64,000 nt of DNA from positions 1,623 through 65,622 of the forward strand of contig CASFTG010000006.1 of the NCBI GenBank assembly GCA_949297805.1. The letters are read 5' to 3'. Both the position numbers and the translations under genes were made by a program. The stretch is from an uncultured bacterium (lineage in GTDB: Bacteria; Bacillota_I; Bacilli_A; RFN20; CAG-826). This document shows, piece by piece, positions 47,134 to 57,690 of the stretch; within the stretch, counting starts at the first letter, position 1, and every line of letters starts with the position of its first letter. The notes below the pieces were generated by a model that saw only the letters and a program-made list of their open reading frames with translations, did no database searches and was not told the DNA's origin.

Positions 47134-48645
47134 CTATTTCTTCTGAGTGAATTTGATCGTCGCCTCAGTCCCCGAAAGATAGGTAACTTCAAACTCATAG
47201 CCTAAGTCGCCGAATTCAAAGCCCAAATCATTGAACTCCTCGCCTTTAATCCCATCCCCTTCATAAAAGAGGGATTCCGAGGTGACTCTTTCGATCCCGT
47301 TCTCGGCAAAGGTCTTAACCGAATCGGAGGCGACGTAATAATCGGCTAAGGCGGCAGAACCGCTGCTCTTATCGAGAAGTTGGATAAGGTAAGGTGGCGT
47401 CAAGGTATTGTCGCAAAAATACTTCAGCCCTTCTCCTTCCCCCACGACCGAGTTTTCATCAAAACGGCCAATCTGCCTCGTATTATCGAAAATCCCCAGC
47501 TGCGCATCGACCCGATAAACCTTGACCCCAGGTTTTGAAGGCAATCTCGTCCCTAAAGCCCTTTGGTCAGAAGCGTCCTTCCCGTTCAATAAGCCCGGGG
47601 TATAAAGCTCAATCAGGATATATTCATCATACGGGGTCCCGTTCCAATCGGGGCAAAGCAAGATGCATTCGTTGTTATAAGTCGACTGGCGGATCGTGAT
47701 CTCGCACTCGCCCGTCACGACATAGGGGCGCGACCAATTGAGCAGCATCTTCGAGAAAGCGTTCTGATCCCCAACCGAGCAATCCATCATATCCATCCGG
47801 CCTAATGGCGAACGACGAAGCGACCCATCAACCGTATCGTAATAGTCCTCTAACCCCAATAGGTGGCCCGTCTCATGAATGAAGGTATGGGCATCGGGCA
47901 AAAGGTCATCGCCGCTCATATAGATCGAAGACCAGGAGATCGGGGCTGGCGAATTGATCGAGAAGGCCCAAAGCATCGAGCTGGTCGGCGCACTGACCCC
48001 CTCCATCCCGGCATAGGGGGCGTCATAGAGAAAATAGACCGGGATCGGGCTATCTTGATAGAAGTCCTTTAAGCGGATATAAGCCGAATTGTAATTCTCC
48101 TCAAACCATTCCATCGCCTCATTGTAAATGGTCTTCAAAGTCGACTTCGCCCCCGAGCCCGCCCGCTCAGTCAACTCTTCGACCGTATAGGGGCAAGGGA
48201 AAAAGGAATCGGCGATTTCGAAATTCAACAGCAATCGCCCGCCTGAACAATACCAATAATAGCTTCGAACCGAATGGTAGACGGTGTCGGAGGATTCCCC
48301 CATGAAGGCGGCCGAGATCCGGGTGATATCCGGCGTAGTCGAACTAGCGAACCCGACCGGGATCAAGGCGATTGGCACTTCCCCCACGCTTGGAAAACAA
48401 TAGGACCGCTCTCCATAAGGGGCGAATAAACTCATCGTCTCCCCCCGGGTGGCGACCGAGTATTCCTTTTCCTTTCCCTTTAAAGTCTTCCAAGAAGCCG
48501 GGCGATAATACCCCTCCCCTTGCAACTCACAAAAAGAAGGATCAGTCAGCTCAGCCTTAAAAAGGGTATAAGTCGCTTCCGAGACCGAGCAGGCGGAAAT
48601 TAAGCCGACCAAGAACAAAGGAAACGCCAAGCTTTTTGTCTTCAC
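47134..48645 (-). CDS. Zinc metalloprotease lipoprotein (HExxH; InhA/M6-like)
   Basis: 503 aa with a GTG start and AAGGAGG RBS. The signal peptide has a lipobox (LISAC). The motif FIHETGHLLGLEDYYD is an HExxH plus downstream acidic ligand, as in M6-type peptidases. Confidence 0.6.
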   Translation of the reverse strand: MKTKSLAFPLFLVGLISACSVSEATYTLFKAELTDPSFCELQGEGYYRPASWKTLKGKEKEYSVATRGETMSLFAPYGERSYCFPSVGEVPIALIPVGFASSTTPDITRISAAFMGESSDTVYHSVRSYYWYCSGGRLLLNFEIADSFFPCPYTVEELTERAGSGAKSTLKTIYNEAMEWFEENYNSAYIRLKDFYQDSPIPVYFLYDAPYAGMEGVSAPTSSMLWAFSINSPAPISWSSIYMSGDDLLPDAHTFIHETGHLLGLEDYYDTVDGSLRRSPLGRMDMMDCSVGDQNAFSKMLLNWSRPYVVTGECEITIRQSTYNNECILLCPDWNGTPYDEYILIELYTPGLLNGKDASDQRALGTRLPSKPGVKVYRVDAQLGIFDNTRQIGRFDENSVVGEGEGLKYFCDNTLTPPYLIQLLDKSSGSAALADYYVASDSVKTFAENGIERVTSESLFYEGDGIKGEEFNDLGFEFGDLGYEFEVTYLSGTEATIKFTQKK

Positions 48646-48760
48646 TCTTTCCGCCCTCCTTTCGCTTCGGGCGAATTATACTCCATCCCCATTTTATAAA
48701 AAGCCCGGCAAATCGGAGGGGAAAGCCCGCAAAAGAAGGAAAAGGCTGCAAAAGCCCAAT

Positions 48761-48790
48761 AAAAAGCAAAAGGGCCGCCGAAGCAGCCCT
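48761..48790 (-). terminator. Rho-independent terminator after rpoC
   Basis: On the minus strand: GGGCTGC-TTCG-GCGGCCC followed by TTTTGCTTTTT. Confidence 0.8.
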
Positions 48791-48806
48791 AATGTTCGTT
48801 ATTGGC

Positions 48807-51800
48807 TTAGTCGAGAGAATCAGGACGATCGTGTTTCTCGATGTACTGGGCTTTGACTTTGGCCATGGCATCGAGGACGGTGAACCCTTCGAGGGCCTTC
48901 GCTTCCTCTTCCGGGGTCCGGAGACCAGTCCCAGCGGGAATGAGTTTCCCGGTGATGACGTTCTCCTTCAACCCGTGGAGCGGATCGATCTTGCCCTTGA
49001 TGGCGGCGTCGGTTAAGACCCGAGTCGTCTCCTGGAAGGAGGCGGCCGAGAGGAAGGACTCAGTCTCTAAGGCCGCCTTGGTGATGCCAAGGACGAGCGG
49101 CGTGCAGACCGCCGGATGTTTCCCTTCCATCAAGGTCTTGGTATTGACCTCGGTGAATTTCTCGACCGAGACCCGGGAGCCCGGGAGGAAGCCGGTATCC
49201 CCGCCATCGCGGATGACGACCTTGCGGAGCATCTGGCGGATGATGATCTCCAAATGCTTGCAGTCGATCCCGATGCCTTGGGCGGCATAGACCTTCTGGA
49301 TTTCCTTGATGAGGTAGACCTCAAGTTTCTCAACACCCGCGACCTTGAGCAATTCCTTCGGGTTGATGGCCCCGTCGGTGATCTTGGCGCCGGCTTCGAT
49401 ATGATCCCCTTCTTTGACCCGGAGATGGGCCGCGGCCAGGGTTTCGTATTCCTTCTCCTCGTTGTCGTTTTTCACCATGACTAAGAACTTCTCGCCGCTC
49501 GGCTTGATGTCGGTGACGGTGCCTTCGATCTCGGAGATGGTGGCTTCGCCCTTCGGGTTCCGGGCTTCGACGAGCTCTTGGACCCGCGGGAGACCTTGGG
49601 TGATGTCGGAGCCCGCCATACCGCCGGTATGGAAGACCCGCATGGTGAGCTGGGTGCCCGGCTCGCCGATGGACTGGGCGGCCATGATGCCGACCGCCTC
49701 GCCCTTCTCGACCAGTTTCCCAGTCGCCCGGTTGAGGCCATAGCAATGACGGCAGACCCCGTCTTTGGTCTGGCAGGTGAAGACCGAGCGAATCTCGACT
49801 TCGTTGATGCCAGCCGCCTCGACGGCTTTGGCCTGCTCATCGCTGATGAGGGTATTCTCGGGGACGATGACTTCCCCGGTGGACGGATTGACGATGTCAT
49901 GCATCGCGAAGCGGCCAGCGATACGGTCGCTAAGCTTCATGATGACGGTGTCGCGGCTAGTGTCGCGGATCTCCCGTACCTTGAAGCCATGGTCGCAATG
50001 GCAATCCTCTTCCCGGACGATGACGTCTTGGGCGACGTCGACGAGCCGGCGGGTGAGGTAGCCCGAGTCGGCGGTCTTAAGGGCGGTATCGGCCGAACCC
50101 TTCCGGGCGCCGTGGGTATTGATGAAGAACTCGCTGACCTTCATCCCCTCGCGGTAGGAGGAGACGATCGGGAGTTCGATTTCGACGTTCTTCGGGTTGG
50201 CGACGAGCCCCTTCATGCCGATCAGCTGCTTAAAGTTGTCGACCGAGCCACGGGAACCGGAGTCGGCCATGATGATCAACGGATTCCGCTTATCGGCCTT
50301 CATGGCGTCTTTGATCTTGTCGGCGATCTGGTCGGTGATCTTCTTCCAGATGTCGACGATCCGGCGGTGCCGCTCGATGTCGGTGAGGTAGCCGTCTTCA
50401 TAGAACTGGTTGGTCTCGTCAACCTTCTTGTAGCCCTCTTGGACCAACGGGTATTTCCCATCGATGTCCTTGATGTCAGAGATGGCGACAGTGACCGAGC
50501 TGACCATCGAGTAATAGAACCCTTGGTCCTTGATCTTGTCGAGGACGGCCGAGGTCTTGGAAGCCCCATAACGGGAGAAGACCATGTCGATGATCGGGCC
50601 AAGTTGCTTCTTGCCGATGGCGTTCTTCAAGGGCAAAGTCGCGATGTATTGGGCTAAAGGCGAGGGGGCGGTAGGCGAGGTGTCAAGCTTATCGCCTAAG
50701 GCCTTAGCCACGTCTTCAGGGGAAACGAACCAGGAACGCATCTCCTCATCGGAAGCACCCGGCTTGTCATTAAGATAGGGGAAATCGTCGGGGAAGACGT
50801 TATTGAAGATGATCTTCCCGACCGAGGTGATGAGGTACTTGTCCTTAACGCCCGAGGGCATGCCGGTCCCTTCGTCTTTATGGATCGAACGGGCCGGAAT
50901 GACGATCCGGTTATGGAGCGAGACCTCGCGGTTCTCGTAGGCCAGGACCACTTCGTCGGTGGTGGCGAACACCTTGCCTTCGGCGGCAAGGTAACGCTTG
51001 TTGTCCTCGATCATCTTCAAGACGGCGTCATGCTCAATAAGCCCGACGTGGTCTTTCTCTTCCTTATCGAGTTTAGCCTGGAGTTCATCGATCCGGGACT
51101 GGAAGTCGGCTTTGCTTTCCTCGGTGGTGAGGTGGAAGTTGCCAAGGATCATGTCCTGAGACGGGATGACGATGGCTTTGCCGTCTTTAGGCGAAAGGAT
51201 GTTGTTGGAAGCCAACATCAATTCGACCGCTTCCTGCTGGGCGGCTTTCCCAAGCGGGACATGGACGGCCATTTGGTCGCCGTCGAAGTCGGCGTTGAAG
51301 CCCGGGCAGACGAGGGGGTGGAGCCGGATGGCTTTCCCTTCGACCAGTTTGGGCTGGAAGGCCTGGATCGAAAGACGGTGAAGGGTCGGGGCCCGGTTAA
51401 GGAGAACCGGGTGCTCGGAGATGATCCGCTCAACGATGGTTAAGACCTCCGGGTCATAACGATCGATATAGCGGTCAGCCGCTTTATGGGCGGTGACTAA
51501 ACCGCTCTGAATAAGCTCGGCGGCGATGAAGGGGCGGAGCAATTGGACCGCCATCTCCTTCGGGATGCCGCATTGATACATCTTCAGATCGGGGCCGACA
51601 GCGATGACCGAACGGCCGGAGTAGTCGACCCGTTTGCCGAGTAAGTTCTGACGGAACCGGCCCGGCTTGCCCCGGAGCCCCATCGAAAGGGACTTGAGCT
51701 TCCGGTTATTGGTCCCGGTGACGGCTTTGGTCCGGCGGCCGTTGTCGATTAAAGCATCGACCGCTTCCTGAAGCATACGCTTCTCGTTGACCATGATAAC

Positions 51801-52838
51801 CGCCGGGGCGTTGGCGTCGATCAGTTTCTTTAAACGGGAGTTACGGGAGATGACCCGACGATATAAGTCATTGACGTCGGAGGTCGCCGAACGGCCGCCT
51901 TCGAGTTGGATCATCGGCCTAAGATCAGGCGGGATGACCGGGATGACGTCGAGGATCATCCATTCCGGCTTCTGGCCCGAATCGCGGAAAGCCTGGATGA
52001 CTTCGAGCCGCTTGGAGATCTTGGTCCGGGCCTGAACGGAGGTGGCGGACTTCATCTCCTCGGTGAGGAGCTGGAATTCCTTATCGAGGTCGGTCTCGTG
52101 GAGAAGGCGCTTGATGGCCTCGGCCCCTTGGCCGAACTCCGCCCCGGTGTATTTGCCGATAAAGGCGGCGCCGGGGTAGAAGAGGAAGGATTCCTTCCGG
52201 TCGGGGAAGCGGCGGATCAAGTCTTTGGCCCGTTCTTCCTCGGCCGAGCCGGGTTCGATGTAAGGCAAAGGCTTGCCATCGCCATCGACGTCGCCCGGCT
52301 GCCGTTTGAGGATGTCTTCGATGACCTCCGGGAAACGGGCGCGGGCAGTCGATTCGTCTAGGTATTCCTTCTCATTGAGGATCGAGGTGCCTTTGTTAAG
52401 GCAAACCCAAGCATTGAAGTAGATGATGTCTTCAAGTTGCTTCGGCGGGATGTCGAGGACGAGAGCCATCCGCGAGGGGATGGACTTGAGGTACCAGATG
52501 TGGGAGCAGGGGGAGACGAGCTCGATATGGCCCATCCGTTCTCGGCGCCATTCTTTGGAGATGACCTCAACCCCGCACTTCTCGCAGGTGATGCCCTTGA
52601 AGCGGACTTTCTTGTATTTGCCGCAGTTGCATTCGTAGTCTTTGGCCGGACCGAAGATCTTCTCGCAGAACAAACCGCCTTTCTCGGGCTTTTGGCTCCG
52701 ATAGTTGATGGTTTCGGCGCGAGTGACCTCGCCATGGCTCCAGCTCCGGATGGTCTCCGGGGAGGCGAGCCCGATCTGAACGGCCGAAAGGTCGTTGATG
52801 TCAAAGGGTTGAATCGTGTCTTTTTCTTTGTCAGCCAT
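48807..52838 (-). CDS. rpoC: DNA-directed RNA polymerase subunit beta'
   Basis: 1343 aa. Contains a zinc-binding CNCGKYK...CEKCG and the catalytic NADFDGDQMAVH. Confidence 0.98.
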   Translation of the reverse strand: MADKEKDTIQPFDINDLSAVQIGLASPETIRSWSHGEVTRAETINYRSQKPEKGGLFCEKIFGPAKDYECNCGKYKKVRFKGITCEKCGVEVISKEWRRERMGHIELVSPCSHIWYLKSIPSRMALVLDIPPKQLEDIIYFNAWVCLNKGTSILNEKEYLDESTARARFPEVIEDILKRQPGDVDGDGKPLPYIEPGSAEEERAKDLIRRFPDRKESFLFYPGAAFIGKYTGAEFGQGAEAIKRLLHETDLDKEFQLLTEEMKSATSVQARTKISKRLEVIQAFRDSGQKPEWMILDVIPVIPPDLRPMIQLEGGRSATSDVNDLYRRVISRNSRLKKLIDANAPAVIMVNEKRMLQEAVDALIDNGRRTKAVTGTNNRKLKSLSMGLRGKPGRFRQNLLGKRVDYSGRSVIAVGPDLKMYQCGIPKEMAVQLLRPFIAAELIQSGLVTAHKAADRYIDRYDPEVLTIVERIISEHPVLLNRAPTLHRLSIQAFQPKLVEGKAIRLHPLVCPGFNADFDGDQMAVHVPLGKAAQQEAVELMLASNNILSPKDGKAIVIPSQDMILGNFHLTTEESKADFQSRIDELQAKLDKEEKDHVGLIEHDAVLKMIEDNKRYLAAEGKVFATTDEVVLAYENREVSLHNRIVIPARSIHKDEGTGMPSGVKDKYLITSVGKIIFNNVFPDDFPYLNDKPGASDEEMRSWFVSPEDVAKALGDKLDTSPTAPSPLAQYIATLPLKNAIGKKQLGPIIDMVFSRYGASKTSAVLDKIKDQGFYYSMVSSVTVAISDIKDIDGKYPLVQEGYKKVDETNQFYEDGYLTDIERHRRIVDIWKKITDQIADKIKDAMKADKRNPLIIMADSGSRGSVDNFKQLIGMKGLVANPKNVEIELPIVSSYREGMKVSEFFINTHGARKGSADTALKTADSGYLTRRLVDVAQDVIVREEDCHCDHGFKVREIRDTSRDTVIMKLSDRIAGRFAMHDIVNPSTGEVIVPENTLISDEQAKAVEAAGINEVEIRSVFTCQTKDGVCRHCYGLNRATGKLVEKGEAVGIMAAQSIGEPGTQLTMRVFHTGGMAGSDITQGLPRVQELVEARNPKGEATISEIEGTVTDIKPSGEKFLVMVKNDNEEKEYETLAAAHLRVKEGDHIEAGAKITDGAINPKELLKVAGVEKLEVYLIKEIQKVYAAQGIGIDCKHLEIIIRQMLRKVVIRDGGDTGFLPGSRVSVEKFTEVNTKTLMEGKHPAVCTPLVLGITKAALETESFLSAASFQETTRVLTDAAIKGKIDPLHGLKENVITGKLIPAGTGLRTPEEEAKALEGFTVLDAMAKVKAQYIEKHDRPDSLD

Positions 52839-52852
52839 TGTTATTCGCCTCC

Positions 52853-55800
52853 TTATTCGTTGTCGCCGGCACTGCCGTTAGTGATGGAGAGCCCTTCCTC
52901 GGCGAGGCTTTCCTCGGAGAGGACCGGCATATCATCCCGGTTGATGGCGATGCTGGCGGTCGGGTCGATTTCCGGCTCACTCGGGGACATGGTCTTCCGG
53001 ATGGAAGAGTTGGTCCGCCGCTCAAGCTCGATGTTGTTCCGGACTAAGACGTCCATATCGATCTTCTTGCCGTTCTTATCGAAGAGCTTGACGTCGAGGC
53101 CGAGCCCCATGAGCTCCTTGGTGAGGACACGGAAGGCTTCCGGCATGCCCGGGGTCGGGATGGGGTTGCCCTTGATGATCGATTCGTAGGTCTTCCGCCG
53201 GCCAACCCGATCGTCGGATTTGATGGTGAGCATTTCCTGGAGAGTATGGGCCGCGCCATAGGCTTCGAGGGCCCAGACTTCCATTTCGCCGAACCGCTGG
53301 CCGCCGTTTTGGGCTTTGCCGCCTAACGGCTGCTGGGTGACGAGAGCATAAGGCCCGGTCGCCCTGGCATGGAGCTTATCGATGACCATGTGGTTCAGCT
53401 TGATCATGTATTGGACGCCGACCGAGATCCGTTCCGCGAACGGCTCGCCGGTCCGGCCATCATAGAGGACGGTCTTGCCATCTTCGGCGAGGCCGGCTTT
53501 CTTCATGATGTCAGCTAGTTCTTCATTCGAGACGCCATCGAAGGCCGGGGTCGCGACCCGCATGTGCAGCTTGCGGCAAGCCAAGCCTAAATGGATCTCA
53601 AGGATTTGGCCGATGTTCATACGGGACGGAACGCCCATCGGCGAGAGGAGGATGTCGATCGGGGTGCCATCGGCTAAGAACGGCATATCCTCGACCGGGA
53701 GGATTTTGGAGATGACACCTTTATTCCCGTGGCGGCCCGACATCTTATCGCCTTCGGAGATCTTCCGCTTCTGAACGATGTAGACCCGGACCATCTCGGA
53801 AACGCCGGCCGGCAAGGTGTCGCCGTTTTTCCGGGAGAAGATCTTGACGGCATGGACGATGCCGGCCCCACCATGGGGGACGCGCTTGGACTCGTCTTTG
53901 CCCTCCTTCGTCTTCTCAGCGAAGATGGCCATAAGGAGTTTTTCTTCCGGGGTCGGTTCAGTCTGGCCCTTGGGGGCGACTTTGCCGACGAGGATATCGC
54001 CTTCTTTGACCTCGGCGCCGGGGATGATGATGCCGCGTTCATCGAGGAAAGCCTTGGCTTCTTCCCCGACGTTGGGGATATCGCGGGTGATCTCATCGTT
54101 ACCGAGTTTGCCAATATGGCATTCGCAGTCGTAATGGGAGATATGGACCGAGGTGAAGGTGTCTTCCTTGACCATTCTTTCGCTCATGATGACCGCGTCT
54201 TCGTAATTGAAGCCGTTCCAAGTCATATAGGCGACTAAGACGTTTTGGCCGAGCGAGAGCTCGCCGCCGCGCATCGCCGGGCCATCGGCGATGATCTGGC
54301 CCTTCTTGACCACATCGCCGACTTTGACGATGGGGATCTGGTTAAAGCAGGTATCCTGGTTGGAGGATTGGAATTTCTCCAGCCGGTAAGTGACCGGGTC
54401 CTCGTTGAGGGACTGGGTCACGATGGTGGCGGAGTCGACGTAGGTGACGGTGCCGTCTTTGACGGCGACCACCGCTTCGCCGGAGTCTTTGGCGATGACC
54501 GCTTCCATACCGGTCCCGACATAGGGGATCGAGGGACGGAGCAGAGGAATCGCCTGCCGTTGCATGTTAGCGCCCATCAAGGCCCGGGTGGCGTCATCGT
54601 GAGCCAAGAACGGAATCGAGGCGGCGCCGATGGAGACGATCTGCTTCGGCGAGACGTCGACATAGTTGATCTTGTCTTTGCCGACCATCAAGTTGTCTTC
54701 GTCATGGCGGACGGTCAATTCGTCATCGAGGATCTCTTTGACCATCTCGTCCTTCTCAGCATCCTGAATGCCGACGGAAGAGGCGAGGACCGGTTCGCCG
54801 AGCGAGACATTGGCTTCGGCGATATAGAGCCCCCGTTCGTCATCGGCGGTCAAATAGTGGCAGCCACATTTGGAATCGGAGACGTAAGCTTTGTTCCCGA
54901 CATGATAGACGATCCGGTACGGGGTCTTGATGAAACCGTGCTCGTCGACTTTGGCATAGGAGCAAAGATAGTTGATAAGACCAATGTTCTGACCTTCAGG
55001 GGATTCGATCGGGCAGAGGCGGCCATAATGGGTGTAATGGACGTCGCGAACTTCGATCGAGGCGCGGTCGCGGGTTAAGCCGCCCGGGCCTAAGGCCGAG
55101 ATACGGCGCTTATTGGTAAGTTCGGCTAACGGGTTGACCTGGTCCATGAATTGGGACAGGTTCGAGGTCGAGAAGAATTCGCGGATGGCCGAGCGGAGCG
55201 GACGAACATTAACGACCGATTGCAGGGTGAAGTTCAAGTCGGTGACGGTCAGCTTCTGCTGGATGGTCTTGACCATCTTGGCGAGGCCGACCCGGAACTG
55301 GTTCTGAAGCAGCTCGCCGACGCAGCGGACCCGCCGGTTGCCCAAATGGTCGATGTCATCGGTATTGCCTAAGCCGTCCATGACGTTAAGGAAATAGGAG
55401 AAGCAGGCGACCATATCGGGGATGGTGACCCGGGAAATGGTTAAGTTGGTGTCGGTACCGATCATCGTGCAGACATGCTCGCTCGGATTGTCGTGAGCAT
55501 AGACCTTGACGATGTTGACGGTCCGATGGTCCGGATCGAGGCCGATGTTCGGATTCGGCTCGAGGGTGTATTGGCAAGCCCCGTTCTCGAAGAATTCGAT
55601 GTCGCGGAGATGCTCGACTTCCTCAGCCGTCATCTTATGGCCTTTTTCGAATAAGGTGACCTCTTCGCCGTTTTCGTCGAACCCTTTGAGGTCCTGGGCC
55701 AAAACCCGGCCCGGGAGCCGTTCATAGAGCCCGAGCTTCTGGGTGTATTTGAAACGCCCGGCCCGGCCGAGGTCATACTGCTTGTCGTTGAAGAATTTGT

Positions 55801-56608
55801 TGTAAATGAAAGCGATGTTGCCTTCGTTGGTCTGCGGCTCGCCCGGCTTCAATTTGGAGAAGATGTCGGAGAGGGCATCGGTAGCCTTGGCGAAGGCTTC
55901 TTTGGCTAAGGAATTATCGAGGGCCTTCGATTCGCCGAAGAGGTTCTTCAACTGATCGACACCATCGAAGCCAAGGGCCTTGAAGAATTCGGTCGCCGGC
56001 ATCTTTCTTTGCCGGTCGATCCGGACATAGGGGACGAGTTTGGAATCGGTCTCGAATTGGAGCCAGGTGCCCCGGTTCGGGGTGATTTCGCCGAAATAGA
56101 CGGCGTCGCCATTGTCAAATTCCTCTTTGAAATAGGAACCCGGCGAGCGGACGATCTGGGAAATGACCGCCCGGACCGCCCCATTGATGATGAAGGTGCC
56201 GGATTCGGTCATCTTCGGAAGGTCGCCCATGTAGAGCTCGGCTTCCTTAATTTCCTTAGTGTCGTTGAAAATGAGGCGGAGAGTGACCTTCAGCTTGCTT
56301 GAATAATCGCTGGAGTGCTCCCGGCACTCGGCTGGGGTCTGCTTCGGTTCCTCGAGGCGGCAGCCGACATAGTCAACGGTGATGTTGCCGGAGTTGGATT
56401 GAATTGGGAAAATCTCCTTGAACACTTCGTCGATGCCCTTATCGATGAGCCATTGATAGGAATCGGTTTGGATTTCGACGAGGTTAGGGAGATCGAGGTG
56501 ACCGGAGATTTTGGAGAAATCGATCCGGCCGTTGATGCCGACGGGATAGTCTTTGCCATCCGGGCCAGCATAATGGGTGAACGGGATGATGTTGTCTTGT
56601 TCGGGCAT
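52853..56608 (-). CDS. rpoB: DNA-directed RNA polymerase subunit beta
   Basis: The start is set at MPEQDNIIPF (AAGGAG RBS 8 nt upstream). The track ORF extends to 56671 into the upstream gene. Conserved blocks include GRHGNKGVISKI and ...LNHMVIDKLHARATGPY. Confidence 0.97.
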   Translation of the reverse strand: MPEQDNIIPFTHYAGPDGKDYPVGINGRIDFSKISGHLDLPNLVEIQTDSYQWLIDKGIDEVFKEIFPIQSNSGNITVDYVGCRLEEPKQTPAECREHSSDYSSKLKVTLRLIFNDTKEIKEAELYMGDLPKMTESGTFIINGAVRAVISQIVRSPGSYFKEEFDNGDAVYFGEITPNRGTWLQFETDSKLVPYVRIDRQRKMPATEFFKALGFDGVDQLKNLFGESKALDNSLAKEAFAKATDALSDIFSKLKPGEPQTNEGNIAFIYNKFFNDKQYDLGRAGRFKYTQKLGLYERLPGRVLAQDLKGFDENGEEVTLFEKGHKMTAEEVEHLRDIEFFENGACQYTLEPNPNIGLDPDHRTVNIVKVYAHDNPSEHVCTMIGTDTNLTISRVTIPDMVACFSYFLNVMDGLGNTDDIDHLGNRRVRCVGELLQNQFRVGLAKMVKTIQQKLTVTDLNFTLQSVVNVRPLRSAIREFFSTSNLSQFMDQVNPLAELTNKRRISALGPGGLTRDRASIEVRDVHYTHYGRLCPIESPEGQNIGLINYLCSYAKVDEHGFIKTPYRIVYHVGNKAYVSDSKCGCHYLTADDERGLYIAEANVSLGEPVLASSVGIQDAEKDEMVKEILDDELTVRHDEDNLMVGKDKINYVDVSPKQIVSIGAASIPFLAHDDATRALMGANMQRQAIPLLRPSIPYVGTGMEAVIAKDSGEAVVAVKDGTVTYVDSATIVTQSLNEDPVTYRLEKFQSSNQDTCFNQIPIVKVGDVVKKGQIIADGPAMRGGELSLGQNVLVAYMTWNGFNYEDAVIMSERMVKEDTFTSVHISHYDCECHIGKLGNDEITRDIPNVGEEAKAFLDERGIIIPGAEVKEGDILVGKVAPKGQTEPTPEEKLLMAIFAEKTKEGKDESKRVPHGGAGIVHAVKIFSRKNGDTLPAGVSEMVRVYIVQKRKISEGDKMSGRHGNKGVISKILPVEDMPFLADGTPIDILLSPMGVPSRMNIGQILEIHLGLACRKLHMRVATPAFDGVSNEELADIMKKAGLAEDGKTVLYDGRTGEPFAERISVGVQYMIKLNHMVIDKLHARATGPYALVTQQPLGGKAQNGGQRFGEMEVWALEAYGAAHTLQEMLTIKSDDRVGRRKTYESIIKGNPIPTPGMPEAFRVLTKELMGLGLDVKLFDKNGKKIDMDVLVRNNIELERRTNSSIRKTMSPSEPEIDPTASIAINRDDMPVLSEESLAEEGLSITNGSAGDNE

Positions 56609-56618
56609 TTGGGACTCC

Positions 56619-57215
56619 TTACTTGGTCGCGATGAGGATGCGATATCCTTTTTTCTGCCTGGCGACCTCAACCTTTGAGAAGAGGGTTTCCAGGTAGGTT
56701 TGGCAAGACGCGGCGCCTTGCTTGTTTCGGATGACTAGGATCAACCGGCCACCTTCATTAAGATGGCCGAGCGCGCCCGCGTACATCGCGTAGGTGACTT
56801 TCTTCCCCGCCCGGATGGGTGGGTTGGTGACGATAGTCGAGAAAGTCGTCTGAATGGCGGAATAGACGTCGGATTCAACGATGCTCACCCGGGAGGAAAC
56901 CCCGAGCGATTCAGCGTTTTGCCGAGCCAATTCCAGCGCCCGCGTATTCACGTCAGCGAGAGTGAGATGAACGTTGGGCTGGAAGGAGGCGAGGATCAGG
57001 CCGATCGGTCCGATCCCGCAGCCGAGATCGAGGATGTTATCCCCAAGATCGGTCTTGACTATGGTTTCAAGCAGCAGTCTGCTACCATCGTCAAGGCCAT
57101 CTTTCGAGAAGACCCCGGCGTCGCTATGGAAGAGGAATTCCTTGCCGAGGAACGTTACTTTGTACGTCGTTTCCTTATGTTTTAAGGAGGCGACGTTATC
57201 GAAGTATTGCGGCAT
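56619..57215 (-). CDS. Class I SAM-dependent methyltransferase (small-domain, YbxB-like)
   Basis: 198 aa. Contains ILDLGCGIGPIG (motif I) and VTNPPIRAGK (NPP motif). Its position between rplL and rpoB matches B. subtilis ybxB. Confidence 0.8.
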   Translation of the reverse strand: MPQYFDNVASLKHKETTYKVTFLGKEFLFHSDAGVFSKDGLDDGSRLLLETIVKTDLGDNILDLGCGIGPIGLILASFQPNVHLTLADVNTRALELARQNAESLGVSSRVSIVESDVYSAIQTTFSTIVTNPPIRAGKKVTYAMYAGALGHLNEGGRLILVIRNKQGAASCQTYLETLFSKVEVARQKKGYRILIATK

Positions 57216-57237
57216 TGGCTATCCCCCTTGGAAGCGC

Positions 57238-57272
57238 AATAACCCACCCCAGGCTTTGACACCTGGGGCGGG
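57238..57272 (-). terminator. Stem-loop (attenuator/terminator) between rplL and the methyltransferase-rpoB unit
   Basis: On the minus strand: CCCGCCCCAGG-TGTCAAAG-CCTGGGGTGGG followed by TTATTG. Confidence 0.6.
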
Positions 57273-57294
57273 CATTGAGTGTTGTTGGGCGAGA

Positions 57295-57675
57295 TTACTT
57301 GATCTCGACTTCGGCGCCAGCGGCGACGAGGGCTTTCTTGTGCTCCTCGGCTTCGACCGGGCTGATGTGCTCCTTGACCGGAGCCGGGATGCCATCGACG
57401 AGTTTCTTGGCATCCATGAGGCCGAGGCCAGTGATGGCCTGGACGGCTTTGATGATGGCGACCTTGGAGCCGGTGCCGAGCCCTTTGAGGATGAGGGAGA
57501 CTTCGGTCGGTCCTTTGGCGACCGGGCCTTCTTCCTCAGCCGGGGCAGCAGCCGCGACCGGGGCGGCAGCGGTGACGCCGAATTCCTCTTCGACGGCCTT
57601 GACGAGGTCATTGAGCTCGAGGACCGTGTACTCTTTCAAAGAGGCGATGATTTCTTCTTTGGTTAATTTAGCCAT
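57295..57675 (-). CDS. rplL: 50S ribosomal protein L7/L12
   Basis: 126 aa. Contains an Ala-rich hinge and the C-terminal ...[13 protein letters not shown]. Confidence 0.97.
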   Translation of the reverse strand: MAKLTKEEIIASLKEYTVLELNDLVKAVEEEFGVTAAAPVAAAAPAEEEGPVAKGPTEVSLILKGLGTGSKVAIIKAVQAITGLGLMDAKKLVDGIPAPVKEHISPVEAEEHKKALVAAGAEVEIK

Positions 57676-57690
57676 TGTGGTTTTCCTCCG

